Source: Trichoplax adhaerens
Taxonomy: Eukaryota > Animalia > Placozoa
Assembly (NCBI RefSeq): GCF_000150275.1
Contig: NW_002060945.1
Location: 2,875,172 to 2,939,171, forward strand
Length of the DNA stretch: 64,000 nt
Reading direction: 5' to 3'
Part shown: positions 24,313-39,556 of the stretch, in pieces
How the letters are laid out: the number at the start of each line of letters is the position of its first letter
Numbering within the stretch: the first letter of the stretch is position 1
Notes under the pieces: generated by a model
Seen by the model: the letters and a program-made list of their open reading frames with translations, nothing else
Databases searched by the model: none
Told to the model about the DNA's origin: nothing
Made by a program: the position numbers and the translations under genes

Positions 24313-27300
24313 TATTGTTGACAATCCTCTTGCAGAAGTTAAAGGAGAACTTGAGCTAAAGCGTTAACTACTAAAAATTTTTAGCAGTCCTTGGCTGAGG
24401 GGCAAGAAGATTTCCATACACGGATAGCAAAATTGCAACACCTTGCCGGAAAATCAGCTCTTATACCGTGTAATCATTTCTTTCTCCATGCATCTATATA
24501 GGAAACTGTGGTATGGCATGGGAACGAAGCTTGTGTTATTTTTATAACATCGATATGCTAATAGTATTTGCAATGAATATAGCATTGGCTAATGGAATAT
24601 ATTAAAAAAAATCTACCCACCATAGACATACAATTTCTGCCCTTGCAATAGTTTCTATTACCTAGTATCTTATTAAAATCGCATATACTGTAGGCAATAA
24701 CTTATACGAGAGGTATATGGCTGCAAGCAATTCTTATAAAATGCAATATACTATTTAGCTATAGACTTCTGTATGCTCATAAAGCACATCAGGAAGGTAA
24801 AATTTCATTTCTTGTGCAACTAAATCCATTCATGATGAGTTTACTAAATTGACTGCTATGCACGATTATTAAGGGAGCTCTTACCAAGTTTCACATTGTT
24901 GTAGTATTAAACTGTATGTAGCTAACAGCAGTGTTTGATCATGCTTGTTCATATCTAAATTAAATATTTCAATGATTTCGTCGTATACAAAAGATTTGCT
25001 TAAAAACGTCATCAAAACATTGTCCAAAAAATATCGAAAGCTATAATCAAATTTCTAACCTAAACTTTAATTTTAATTCGCATCTCAAAGTATGCGTGTA
25101 CATGCGGTACTGTATAAAGCACCACAATAAAAACATCACAAATTCGTATTAAATAAGTTCCTTTACTTAGCTATATAACATATTAATTCCTGAAAGAATT
25201 GATTTTCATGAAATGAACATATCTTTTGAATAAGCTGATATGGAAAACAAAGATTTAATAATCTTCGCTGTAGGATATACCAATTTAAAACTAAAATCAG
25301 GTTCATTAAGCTACAAAAATTACTTCCAATACTAGCCAATAGTCATATTATCACAGAGATAACATACAAGTTTTCCACACTTCATTTACAAAAATAATCA
25401 ATAAAAGCAAAATGTTTGTTGTTGACGCCGCACAATCACGGAATAATGCTTGCTGAAATTCGTGTTTATTTGTGCCACTCTGTGTGATGTTAGCAGCAAC
25501 CCATAGTTCAGGATGATAGGTTCATTATATTACAACAATCTTAAACGATCGAGGATACTATTACGGTTCAATTTTAGGGGATTTTGAGCTTCTATTCCGA
25601 TGGCTGGCATTTCTAACATTCAGAAAATCTATATAAATGAAGATTATGTAAGTAGTAGCTCATATCATAGCTTATGAGAATTTCTGCTAATATAGTTTAA
25701 AGTGCAATTTTTCGAAATATAACAAGCACATTATGTATCCATAGGAATTATTCAATCAATTGCTACAGACATTGATCGTAGATATAATTTATATGCATAA
25801 TTAATTCAAGCACACTAAGATCTTGCAGATTTAGTTATACTAATACACTATAATGAGTAAAAAAATTAGGATGTTAATTAATAAACTTGTAAAAATATTG
25901 TATTATATTTATATGTATCAATTCTCAGTGATCACATAAATTCTTGCCCATGTGTACTACATAAAACTGTAAACTTTGAAATAATCGACATTACGAAATA
26001 TTAGATGGGACTATTACTCATATCGCCTTATGATAGTCTAAAATACAAGATATTAAAATTTCACTCTAATACAATATATAAATAAGCATTGTATTATATC
26101 CATTATAAATTCGAGAATATTTTAAGATATTACTTTAAGGCTCATTTTCTGTAGTTTAATAACAGTATATAGTTCTCTTAATAATTCTGCTCTCAATGTC
26201 AAATTGTTATAACCGTTTAATAGTCTATTGTTATTACTGATCAATCCTCAAATTCTGCTTCAATATGATTCTTTCTGTTGTATTTTAAATCTGGTAGATA
26301 AGGCCTTCATAGTAGAGTTTCGTTTAATGTTTACGAAACGTTAGTTGTTTCACTGATCCGTTCTTGTTTCAATTCAATAATGGATTCTTTTTCTCTGATG
26401 TACGATTATTCAATATTGATCTCATATTAGTGCTGTTAATTATTGAATCCCAAAGATTAAATGCTATTTCGTTCTAAAATTTCAAATCTAGCTGCTGTAA
26501 TACTTGCTTAATCTCACACAATATTCACCAAGCCTGATTAGAAAATTCTCAATCATCAAGATATTGTATTCAAAATTAATGGGTGTGCCACGTTGCATAC
26601 CTTATTCCTTCCATTGTTATCGTAAGTACAAATAGCGGAGAATTTCAAAAATTTTATTGTTATTTAGAAACTTTACAAATTATTAATTTTTCCCTTTTTT
26701 ACAACTCAAATTCTCTAAACGCGAGCTTTACCTTACGCTAGGAATGTTATTAAAAGGCCGCATTACATTATTTTGGTTGTTTCGCCAGTTACATTTACGA
26801 TATATAAACTATACACAATCCGTTATATTTATTCCTTACCGATTGAGATTTGTAATACACAATCTTTGATATTTACAAATGATTTACTACGCATTGTTGA
26901 CCTCTGGAAAAAATCATGATTTATTAACTACGATTAATACACTGTATTATACTTTAGTTTAAATAAATATATGAACTATACAAGTGATAAACCAATCACG
27001 AAATTCTAAGATTTGTAGAAAATTATAATTTTATTAGATCTAGATACAAAAACGTACTACGAACAGTTCTACTCTAACCGGATAATACTATTGGAAAGAC
27101 TATTAGAAAGTACTGCTGAATTTCTAAAATTCACTGCTTATATACTTTTTATTACTTCTGCACCTATAATCAGCATAGCTGCATCCTAACTTATTCTTAC
27201 AATTATTTAGGCTATATTTACATAATTAGCAAGATACGAATATACTACGGCGGATCATTTGCAATGTATTATGGTAACAGCCTTAGTATTTGTGCAGCTA

Positions 27301-28321
27301 TGTTTTCCAACTAGCCACAATACGATGAGTCATCCATACCATGGCGTTAGCGATTAAGCAACGGACTGTTGAGCTAGTAATATATGACCGTTACGCATCT
27401 ATTTCTGATTCTACCGTCAACAAAGACTCAATACCTTGTTGTATATGGTCATCTGTACTCTAACATAGAATCTTCATTTGCTGTCTATGGTTATGAGTTT
27501 ATAACTTGAGTATAGCCTATAATAAACATAGTTAGCCACACTATCGTAATTTGTACTAAATATGGCTAATAATCTGCAATCTAACACTGAATTTCGTTAC
27601 AACAAGTAAACTGTATTTACGCAAATTTTCAATTTAGTCTTTATTTGATCAAATTCGATATTGGAAATTGATACACATTTTGCAGTAGATATGTCCGCTG
27701 AGGCATGCAATGTTGCTCTATACTGATATTCAGTCAAACTGTTCAAATGTTAAGATTGTTAGTTCGATGCAAATTATTACATTACTACTGAATTTTGCAT
27801 TATTTAAATGCCTATAAACCGTACTATTCCCGTCTGCAAAGGGACAGTATGCTAAGCTAGAAAAATTAAACTGTTCATCAACATTTAACAAATCAATAAC
27901 TCCTCAGACATTTATACTGACACGTAATATATTTATATAAAAATATGCTATAACTTCACGTAAACACATGGAAAAAATAATAGCAGCAATTTTAGGCTTA
28001 CTATACTTATGTACTATCATAACAGAAAATTAACCCATGAATTAATGTATTGAATATTAATCTTGTTAAATATATATCAAAATAATATCTATGACATTAA
28101 TAATAACGAATCATATTATGAACAACTCAACGTTAACCTTGTAAGATCTCTTTACTTCACTTATATTTAATCAATTTGCCAGAATTAGCAAAACACTATC
28201 TTATGTCATAACAAGAATGGCCTATATAGATATAGCCTTCAAGTTCAAAAGGTTTATTAAACCACTATGCAAATCACGTTCTGGGAAATCCGTCGTAAAT
28301 CACTTCTCCTCCATCGTAAGA

Positions 28322-28395
28322 ACAGTCGAAAGTGGATAAGATAAACTGGATAATCAATCATACATAGCCAATTTTCAATCAATCACAATTCCATA
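28322..28395 (-). repeat. Remnant of a host LTR-like repeat related to 52284-52347, interrupted by the solo LTR at 28396
   Basis: ACAGTCGAAAGTGGATAAGATAAACTGGATAATCAA...ACAATTCCATAT aligns to the reverse complement of 52284-52347 (30/36 identities plus a 12-nt exact block). Outer boundaries not resolved. Confidence 0.6.
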
Positions 28396-28881
28396 TGTGA
28401 TGGAGGGTTCGATATCTCAGAGGATTGAGATTTAGTCGCCATTTACAATTATTACAACAAAGGGTTTATGAAAGTTATGCTTTATTGTAGGTTAGTAATG
28501 TGAAGTACAGTGAGGTAGTTACGGTAGATTAGCGTGCAAGCTGTCGTGAGTAACGAGTAGAAGTATTAGACTGTGAGAGACTAACTAGAAGACTAACTGA
28601 GAGGCTAATGATCTCTGAGGTAGAAATCGCCGGTATTTATAGTTTTAAAGATAGAGCACTTGCAGAGAATAGGATTGTGGAATTAGATACAACATATACC
28701 ATAACAGATTATAAAATAGCAGATGATTGTAGAAAACAGCGAGTACCGTAATAACTAAATACAGTAGTCTATATATGAATGTAGAGCAAGCGGACTGTAG
28801 ATCTGTCTAAATATAAGAGCAATACAACATGTCTATATTTAAGAGTAGAATATAGTTACAGTATATTCTAAATACACTACA
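28396..28881 (-). mobile_element. Solo LTR (486 bp)
   Basis: TGT...ACA termini and perfect 5-bp TSD CCATA (28391-28395 / 28882-28886). On the minus strand TATAAATA (28641-28634) is followed by AATAAA (28486-28481). Confidence 0.75.
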
Positions 28882-31800
28882 CCATACAAATCATATATCC
28901 AACAGTCTCTAGTCTATGTTCCTTACTTGAAAATAAGTCGAACCCAGAAACGATATCCGGCTAAGATAAACTGAATAATTATCCTGATACTTAGGACTGT
29001 AGAATCGTTATGCAGATTAATATTACATTCTATAGTGCTTCGGACTTATAACTAGAGTAAGACTTAGCTAGGTAATACGGACACTACGTAAAAAATCGCT
29101 ACAGAAATAATACACCATCGGCAAAATAAACTAAGGTAGCCTTTTGAATATTTGTATATATGGTGTATAATAATCAGCAAAGTCAGAGATAAAACACTAT
29201 GGCTTCGCGTGGTATCATAACTTATCATTTATAAACGTTTCTATGTACTGTACGTTAACCGCTGAAAGAATTATTTTTCGAAGGTAGTTTCAATATTTAT
29301 ATAAGTTTGATCATCACAGTACCTCTATGAACAGTGTACATGTCGTGCAATCTTTAGAACTTAATACTAAAATTTTAAGAGACTGAAGAGCCATTTAAGT
29401 AGAAATAAAAGTAATTAAAGTAATATAGCTAAACTCTACGAGGTAATCTAATCATTAAAATCATTTCGTTTCTGGAGATAAAAAACTTGAAATAAAATTC
29501 GAGTATTACGGTACTAGTGGATTCTCATTATAAGAGCTATCGAGAATGATACCTAACATATTTTAAAATACTCCTTATAAGGTCAGCAGGGTAAATAAAA
29601 ATAGTGACATCGTAAAATTTTCAGCCGCTAAACTCGACTTCAATTTGACAGACATTACTAATATGTACAAAAAGAAACATAAAAGACTGTGGTATTAAAT
29701 CAACTGCATTATAATTCTCAATCCGTGCTAACAATGCTACCGACTTAGACCTGCCTACCGTTAATTATACTCTCTGCATATGCATACGTGTAAAACTGTA
29801 AAATCAGCCACCAATCACACAACAAGTTGTTTTGAAACAGCGTATTGGCCTAATTATTTTTATTAGGCTAAAGTAGAGGCTTAATATTGCCTATATTATG
29901 GTATAAGGTATATCCCGTATTATTAAGTGATATATGCCCATGTGGCATCAAATTTTATCACATATCTTTCGATTCTTTATTAAAATAAGGGAATATATAC
30001 TGCTAAGTCATGTAATAAAATCATACCTCATTATACTAGAAACTCAATTATCATTTCATCAAGCCTAGTTTAAAGACAGTAAAAGTGAGCCAATTTACGC
30101 TAAGAAAAATGCTCTATGATGACTTCTTCATTTGGTCACAGAAATAAAGAAATTAAGGACTTCAAATTTCGTCTTAAATTATAAGGGATACTGATCAAAC
30201 CGGTGGCAATCATAAACATTTGCCACATTATGAAATCATCATCAGTTTACAATATGCGGGAATAGTAAATTCAGTAGAAAATTCGCATTGATTTTACTCA
30301 AACTGGTGGATACAAAATTTGCATCCGTTGCTAGTGGTACATATTTAAGTAACAATACAACAGGAAATTAAAGATAGGACCAAAGATTTATTATCGTAAG
30401 GTAAATTTCAGTAATTTCGTGTGAGTAAAAAGTTTGCCTTAAAATCTGTACACAAATTCATAATGGTGCCTGGTCAAATTTTTTAAATACTACTACAAAA
30501 AAAATGAATAAAAAATGATAACTACCTTCCGCGATCACAATTATGTGATGGTCGTGTGAACCACTTTGAATGCCCAATACACGGGCACCGAAAATATCTA
30601 TCAAAATGGAATCAATCACCGGAGATTTTACTAAGCAGCTGGCTATTTTCCTAATGAGATTGAAAAAAATTTGCATTACTTACATAATACAAATTAAATC
30701 TATCAAACGACCTCATGAATAGAGATACATACATTTGAGATGTACATTCATTGAATAATTACCGAGAAAATGCATTAAAATAATCCCGCGTTTATTATCG
30801 TCTGATCTCATCCTATGCGGCTCTACAGATATGCAGCCTTAGTTTCACGACAGTTCATTTCGGATACACAGCAATTAATTAATTAACAAAATAACTTAGG
30901 CTGCCATCATGATATGTAGTAAAACTCATAGCTTTTGAAGAATTATCAAACGAACAATCAACTAAGGATTTATATAGATGTGGTATAAATTCTTATTCTA
31001 ATGATTCTAATCTTAACGTTATTGAATTTAAACTATTTGATGCCACAACAAATGTGATGTTTATCCAACAAGAATTAGTTTCTAAAAGCAAGAATTTCAA
31101 TAAGGTTCATTTTTATACCATAAAATACCCTGCTGCTGTTTATTCTCTCACCGAATATCACCGATAACAATACAGAATATTCCCATCATTATAAACTGCA
31201 ATATCAAACAATCAAATTGTAGAATTGTGTAAAGAAAGATCTCATTATGTTTACGATAATACGGAGATAATGAATACTTCCCTATTCTATCCACCTGATA
31301 GCATACCCGACCTCTCGCTCGAAGATTATATAAATGACTATTTAAAACTACCATTGTTCAATTCTTTCTATATATTAAATTACTAATAGCTAATCAACTT
31401 TCTAACATGAACATTCCTATTAATTTAGGGATACGAAATCAGGTGAAAAAGTTTCACATTAGTGGGAAAATTATTGAATAAGTTCCCACCCCTTTATCTA
31501 CTATTCTTAGTTCTGTTAGCATAAAATTATAAAGTAGATATGTATTATTAATGGTAATATGTTTACTTTTAATGGTATGGTGTGAGGCGACTATGAGGTA
31601 AATAACCAAAAGTGCTCATAGATAGGAGCAAGTTTATAATAAGCAATGCTATAGCTTTGGAACTGGGAAATTGCTATTAATCCTTGAATAACAGTCATAA
31701 TGCTAGCTAGCTTCAATGCTGTTGTAACTTTTTACTACCTACAGTATTCAGGTATAACCAAGAAATAATGTGATAAGGTATCTCGAAATGCCACTTTAAC

Positions 31801-32807
31801 GATTACTTAAGATGTAATACTTTAAAAGTAGAAATAGTTAAGGATACTCTTTAGGTTATATTTGAAGAGATGTATTATTTTAAAGTTAGAACTACTTAAT
31901 CAAAAAATATTAGCATTTTGTCGGAAACTACTACTAACTACTTGCTTAAATAAGATAGGAAAAAGATAGAAAGTTTGATACTTGAAGATAACTTAGAAGT
32001 CATTATTGATTGTATGCATATTTTGATTTGATAACGACCAAAGTAATATAAATATTAAAATATAACGATTTCAAGCCACTCTGAAGTGGTTGAAAACCAA
32101 TCACCTATCCAATTCTGATATAAAATTTCCTTCATATGATCAATTGCTGATAAACTGATTTCCTATTCCATATAAGTATTCAATCAATTCAATTATACCG
32201 TGTTGTATTACAGTATACAGTATACTTAATCTATAGTAATCTGTTATACCGATCGTGTATCCAATTTTGATACAATGTATCCTTACCATAAGAGTTTCGA
32301 TTATATAATCGATATTATTCCATGAAAGGCCTCAAATTATTTTAGATACGTGTCTATTCTAGAGCAGAAATTACAACCCGGATTGTGTTTCTTAGTCCAT
32401 TAAGATATAACCTGCATATTATTTCGCATAATAAATCCTTTCTAAATTCAATTTTCAATGTAGACATTTAATCTCATTTTATGCACACGAATTACAACTC
32501 TAACAATCTATCCAATTCTACTAGCAAACAGCTCTAGCAAAAAACCTTCCAAAACTCGAGAGCACGTTCCATATCCACAAGCAATATTAACACCTAATCC
32601 GTTCCATGCTCATTCTTTTACAACTTTAATTGTAGCCGTCGAATCCTGACAGTATATCTCTTCCATTAAAAAAAATATGATATTAATTCGATATTCTCTT
32701 TCTCAGCGACATTTAACTATTTCTAAATTATTCTAAAATCATCAATTAGAAAGATGCGAAAATTATTCCATTGATTTTTGATTATTTATTTTAGAATTTT
32801 GTTTGGA

Positions 32808-32895
32808 GCTGGAATGGACAAGAATCACGCATGCGTCGAATGCAATGAACAATAGACAATCATTTCTGGAATGTATCATTACGCGTGCGCGATGA
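32808..32895. promoter_or_regulatory. Candidate enhancer about 3 kb upstream of ASC gene 2 (Hes class-C, Sox and TEAD-like sites)
   Basis: CpG-rich patch with CGCGTG (= CACGCG on minus) at 32882-32887, AACAAT/GACAAT Sox cores, two GGAATG and CGCATGCG. Confidence 0.4.
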
Positions 32896-35800
32896 AGTTT
32901 TACGTCTCGCTTTCATTTCTTCAACCACTTGCACTTTTACTATTATGTTTTCAATGTGAAAATGATAGAAATATCAGCTCCGTATCGTTTAAGATGACTC
33001 TATCCAGCACTGAGAATTACTTTCTCCCTTAGAGAGGATGGCAAGTGTACGGAAATATTATTCGATTCCGGTTATTTATAAAGCTAGTTTCCTCCCACAC
33101 ATACCATCATTGCGATGGAGCTGTTATCGCTAGTCGGCGAAACTAAGTTCGAGTCGATAAATTGTTGCTGTTTTCTCATTATTATGGGAATTTAATTAAA
33201 CTCCAGGATGTTGATTATCAAGACGAAAGGATAAAAAGTAGATAACAATAATCACTTCGTCTGTTTTATTTAGCTCAATAACGACAATCATTGGCAACTG
33301 AATAATAAATGTTAGAGTCGAAGATAGTCTGTATTCAAACAATACATAACCTTATAATAATAGATAAAGATGAAAATATGTTGCAGTGGGTTGGGTAGGG
33401 ATAAAATAGTTGACATTGTTTCTCACAGAAAAGTTACCTATCCGTTGATCCTTTTCATCGAACAAAGACAGTCAATTTCTCTATCGATTCTATTCTCAAC
33501 TGCAGTCTGACTTAATCATCTAGCCTAACCAATTCAATAGATAAAAATACTGAAAGATAATTTTGATCTATGTTCATTAATCAAAAGCTATTGTCATGAT
33601 GCCTATTGTTGACATATAAGCAACATTAGGTATATAAGGAAGATCTCAGTAAGGTAAATTATTACTTTTAAATTGTTGAGTATTTCACTTTCATCCTTTT
33701 AGTTCTATACCCAGCGGATAGTTTCAAATCAACTTCGGAATTTCTTCACTGACGCTAATTCTAATCAAGAACTATTTTTCCTATAAAATAGGAAATTTTC
33801 TATCTTTATCCAATTAACGCGATCGCTCACAATTAATTAATCTCATCGCCAAGTTTATCAGACAGATTATCGATCTTACTGGTCCCAATTATGTAAGTAG
33901 AATGTTGTTGATTTAATTTAATAAAGATGCAAGCAGTACCTTGAATAAGTCTAGTAAGTAGATAGCCTTGTCTTCGTCATCCAAAGTGCAATTATTTTAT
34001 TGTCCAGCACCTAGAGGAATATGACAAGGTGCATAGCCGAAAAAAATTTTGAATTAAGTTTTCTTGACTGTTTGAATATCATAACAAACAGTCAAGAGCG
34101 ATGACAGATCAACATCAACTTATTCTTACTTTAACGAATTTTAAGTTCATTTTGATAGCTAATCATTAAAATTACATTATCCTTTTTAGTAAATTTGCAA
34201 TTAAATGGCTTTAAACTCCTCAATAAACGCGTAGATTCGTAGTTCTATTCATAGAATATTATCTCAATCATGGAATGTTATCTATACTAGCTCTACATAA
34301 AAAATATACATATATCAGACTCGTAATGCAGTCATATTTTTTTTCACTAAATTGACAGCCGTACTAAATAACTATGCCTAAACATTAATAAGAGCGTGTA
34401 GCACTCAACATCATGTTACGGTACTTAGTTGTTGCAAAATTAAAATTATCTAATGGTTCGATTGTCTACTATAAGCTAAAAATCATCCTCTATCTAAGCT
34501 TTTCTTTAAAATTAAAATTTTCCAGCTACGATACACGTATTAAATCAGGTGTAGGTTAATCCGATTTTATAAAGATTGCACGTAAATCAAGAAAATTACG
34601 CAACCTAATATGCAAAGGCTTTCGTTCTTATACTATCGAAAAATTCATCATCTACTATTAATTATAGATCATCTTCAATCAAGATTTTAGAGATTTTTCA
34701 TGCTATGATACACGTGTTACAAAAAGTTAAACACAAATCTGATTTCTATATACAGTAAATTTTCTCAGTCATTTCATTTTCTATCATTATCAAGCTTCCC
34801 TAGTCATAAATAATATAGTTAATATTACTAAAACAACTTCATATAAAGATTAGTGAAAGTGACTAGTATCCAATATAACAACAATATCACAAGAGAAATT
34901 AAGACTGCAGTAACTCTCACAATCAAATCATACCAATAAAGTTTCTCGAGTAGCCGTAAAGAAGTAAATTTTTATAGCAGTTTAACCATTCCTCTCATAA
35001 CTTGATATCATTATCTACTACGATAATCATCGTAAATTCTCTAAATTTATCAATATCTTTTGAAACTCATTTTAAGCCTCAATGTGCCAGTTACTTAATT
35101 TATATTTGTATCTAGCTGATATGATAACATTATAACACGATAAATTAATATTACTGCACTTCTCATAACCTAATGATGCGAACAAAAATCTCAATAGCTA
35201 ATAAAAAATAGATTTTCTGATTTAACAATTTTCATAAGGCTTATACGGCTCTAACCATCGGCATGACGAGAAAAGTTAATTTGCTTACTATATCAACCAC
35301 AATAGAAACTAGACTAGGCAACATAGACCTAATTATATTAAAGAATGACGTTTCGGTCAACTTCTTTAGTAAATATGATAAAAATTTAATTCGTCACTGC
35401 TTCATAAATCGAATAATACCTCTGTTTTAAAACTACGAGTAATCAATCAATCGATCACATCAACCAGATTACCGTAAATTTCCATTTCTCGTTAGCAAGA
35501 AAATAGAACTTTCTTTTATATAATACTACATAAATACTATTGCTAAATTTTAACTGTTTCGATATGCTGTAAGTAATGGAAAATCTTGCATACCTACGGC
35601 TTTTTACGGATTATTGATATTCAAAGCGATCGAACTGAAATCAATTTATTTTGAATTACCTTCGTAGTTTTAAATTTTCCTGTATTGTCGCTATACACTG
35701 CTAATATTTTTGAATGCAATGGTACAGTATATATCATAGTAAATTTAAACTTCTGCTTTGTATTTGATTTACATACAAAATAAATGAAAATATTGAAACA

Positions 35801-35974
35801 AATTGATCATAATCATCCTTTTTCAAAGTAATGTAACGATCTTCTAATCTTACCTCTCACTAATTAAATTTTATTTTTGTTAAATGATTAGTGCTTCCAA
35901 AATATTGCATCATTCAAGCATACCGTTGTCTATTTATGAAAATATCCATTAAAGAAAGAAACGAACTAATAAAC

Positions 35975-36508
35975 ATGAATCCATTATCCGTAGATTCCAT
36001 ATCACCGGTCGATTCCGACTCTAATCTCTCGCAATATTCATTTACAAATTCATCGATACCTTCAATATCATCATCAAAAACGTCGACAACAATTACAATG
36101 AATCAATCAGATCCATGTTTAGATACATCTTCAGGATATTTACCAAATCATCAATCAAACCAATTTGTCCTTTCTTCATACCAAAATGATGAAGAAGAGA
36201 CTACAGTGCACCTGAACAATCAATCGAAGCGTAAACATTTGAAAAAATCGAAATCTAAAGAATCTGTTACGGCCAAACGGCGCAATGAGCGAGAGCGACG
36301 CCGTGTCCAATTGGTTAATGATGGCTTTAGTGAATTACGCAAGCATGTCCCAACAGATTCCGAAAATCGCAAATTATCGAAGGTCAAAACTTTAAGATCG
36401 GCTATAGAATACATCAAACAATTGCAATCGCTACTAGAAAAGCAAACTGTTCCAGAAGCACCTAGAAGAAAAGTTTATGCTCGTGTATGTCAAATACCTA
36501 CAGCATAA
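35975..36508 (+). CDS. Achaete-scute family bHLH transcription factor (ASCa-like / non-ASCb), about 177 aa
   Basis: [56 protein letters not shown]. The ORF track starts at GTG 35891; in-frame ATGs are at 35936 and 35975, and the latter has the better context (AAACATGA). Confidence 0.93.
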   Translation: MNPLSVDSISPVDSDSNLSQYSFTNSSIPSISSSKTSTTITMNQSDPCLDTSSGYLPNHQSNQFVLSSYQNDEEETTVHLNNQSKRKHLKKSKSKESVTAKRRNERERRRVQLVNDGFSELRKHVPTDSENRKLSKVKTLRSAIEYIKQLQSLLEKQTVPEAPRRKVYARVCQIPTA

Positions 36509-39500
36509 ATCCTATAATTTTGCTTCCAGCCTTTTCTAAGAAATGGAACAGAGTTGTACATCATAATTTATCTCATTACATCAGAAAACATCTACATAAT
36601 GTAAAGATCTCCTAAATTATGGGTGTTTATCAAGACTTCTGAAATACCTCACTGTGATTAAACTTGTGGATAAAAGATAAAGCAGAATATGGTATTCCTC
36701 TTAATCAAACTCTAATATACTACAATCTACTATAGCATAAAGAAATGGCATAATATTAATTAATCAATACTGATATATAACGAAGTATCTGGTCAAAACA
36801 GCATCAATCTGCTGTACAATAGCCTAAAATTTCAGTAATCATTCCTGGATTCGCTAGAAAACCTTAACTGAATTCGCCCTTTATTATATAAAGTCTAAAC
36901 CTTTCTTAAAATATAGGCTTGGACAAATTTACATTTGTTTAAGTTGCAAACGCCTTAAAATGATATTATTAATAAGTTACCGTATAAGCCATTAACGGAA
37001 ATAGTCCCTTCTTTACTATATTATTCTAAACCAGTTAATCTCATCAAGATCTATAATCGCTGGTCTTTTATGATTCTTGGGTCCGCACAAAAACCATCTG
37101 CTACAATAAAATAGTTATCAGCTCTGAAGAAGTCAGAACATAATTCTGAGCTAATAGAAATGATAAAGTCTTTTAATCATCCCAATCTATTCTAGCAGAG
37201 CATGCTAAAGAAATCAAATGTGAAAGGCAAGACTAATTTGGGATATATCAACTTTGAAGTACTCCTAGAGAATATTTCTGATTCCGTAAATGAAAGAACT
37301 TATGAGTTAGCAGACGTTGAATTAGACTATCTATGCCATCTGAGGATAATAATCTACATCTCTGGAAATAGAGCATGGATTCAATAAGACTATCAATTTT
37401 TCCATTTAATTAAAATGAAAAAACTCTCTTTCACATCACATTAAAATTTAAATACAGTAGTTCGTCATGTATTCTATTAAAGTGGGTCGACGGAGGTAGT
37501 TACTATAATATATCGAACTTTCTCAACACCTGAGATAAAATACGAGTATTCTATACTACTCGCAATAATATAGGAAAATGCATTATGGACTGTTTATAAA
37601 TAATAGATTCCGTACATTATTAGATTTATGCCGCTAAAAAGTAATCAATAATTTATTTGGGAAGAAAATATTTAAAAATAGATTCATAGTGCCCTATTTA
37701 ATCACGATTAAAATACCACTGCCAATTGGTCAATATCGAATTGATATTCTGTATTCTAATAAATTTATACTATCTAATTTATTTATGATTACGTATAAAG
37801 GCAATTTTAAAATTTGCCTTCAAAATGCCTCAAGATTTTATTCACGATCGTAGCATACTTGCAATTAGAAACAAATAATGATATGATAATATATAAAATT
37901 ATGAAATTATAACCTATTGTTAGTTATATATTGCGTCAGTTTCCTTAATCATATAGCTAATAATTGCAATATAGTTGCTCGTTTAAGTAACATTTTCAAT
38001 GTACCACGAGTTTTCCGTGAACCTAGATACAACTATCCTACTGAGAATTCCGCTATTCATTGCGAAATTATTTTAGCTATTCAGTGAGATATCTATTATA
38101 TCCATTGAAATACATAAGACTGCTTCTAGCTATAAGCTTAACTATAAATATTGTAGTAGGTTAATTGAATAAAAGAATTTTTCCACTCAAAAGACGGAAA
38201 TGACTTTTGACTTAGCATGAATGCCATAAAACATAGGATAAATTATAATTGCTAGCTAGATTTGAGATGATCATTTCAATGACTGTAAAATATATTTGAA
38301 AAAATTTTAGTTAGTTTCATCTCTTAAATTGCTACAAGAAATTGCTAAACTATTAATAATATCAAATTTTAAGAATGATAGAAATGAATTAAGTAAAAAT
38401 ATGCAAAGTCGTAAGGAAAGAGCTCAATCGAAGAATTCTTATTTAAATAGTCCAATGAATCATTTCACTTATTTACTCGTTTGTACCCTGATCATTAATC
38501 TGTTTACCAACAGTGATTTTAAGTCTTATGGAAAATGTACTAAGGATTTATTAATGAAGATGCTCTCAGACTTTAGTATAACTATCCGCCAACATGAAAT
38601 AAACCCTTAATTACAATACTAAGAGGTATAATTTAATAGTAAATAAAGGTGTAGGAAATTGTTTATTAGAACACAATTAGAGATAGTTTGCATTCTTTCT
38701 GTACCTTTACCTTGGTATTATTATCTTCATTCTTAACAACAGTTTCGATTAACTATCACTTTAGATTTAATCACAGGACCCTTCGGTCTAAATCACCATC
38801 TAATTCATCTCTTTGATTTAGAACTTACGGTATATATTAATCAAGACATTTTCAATTATGTATTGCATCTGCAAAGCCATCTTCCTAGAGCTCTTAAGCT
38901 GATAATCTTTCAGATACCGATTCATTTTTAAATCACTCCTTTCCTTTAACAACAATTAATCTGTGTTCCAAACCTGACTAAGAGTCTACAGTAATTAATA
39001 GTACCCTAAAATGAAGAAATACATTTTCTATTATTAATACGCGTATATTACCAGTACTGAAACAGCCGTCGGTCTAGCGTACAACCTTTTGCATCTCTTT
39101 AACTATGAATATCGCTCCATAGACTACCTAAAATGCAATATATCTTCTATTATGCATCATTTCGGCTAAAAAATATCTTCCTATTGCTCCTTCATATTCA
39201 GCTCCTGATTAATTTTTAACAATTCCTTATCGTCAATGCTAACTAGTTTCATCGATCTACACTCGGTATAATCCATTTATATAGATTAGTAAACAGCCAC
39301 ATATTAATTTCAGCCTCTAAATATAGCGTTGTGAAAGCAATTAATTGGCCTAGAGCCAGTTACAATTTTTGAACTACAGTTGCGATCATGAACCGACTAA
39401 TACAAAACTATGAAAAAAATAACATCGCGGTACTCTATTGAATTGGAGGACAAGATCTTCATTATCCTAATCTCTAGAAAAAGATCAAGAATAGAGACGA

Positions 39501-39556
39501 GCAAAAGAAAGATAAAATGCTATCTCGAACCCTTCCACATGACTATAGTATATGTC

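Noticed and set aside
26170-26510. Purine-rich minus-strand stretch resembling decayed coiled-coil coding sequence
   Set aside because: Frequent stops and no identifiable motif.
28140-29103. Complete outer LTR around the 28396-28881 element
   Set aside because: Candidate ends TGTAAG/GCTACA have non-matching flanks (AACCT vs GAAAT), so boundaries are unsupported.
36220-36417. - strand ORF inside ASC gene 2
   Set aside because: Antisense shadow of the bHLH region.
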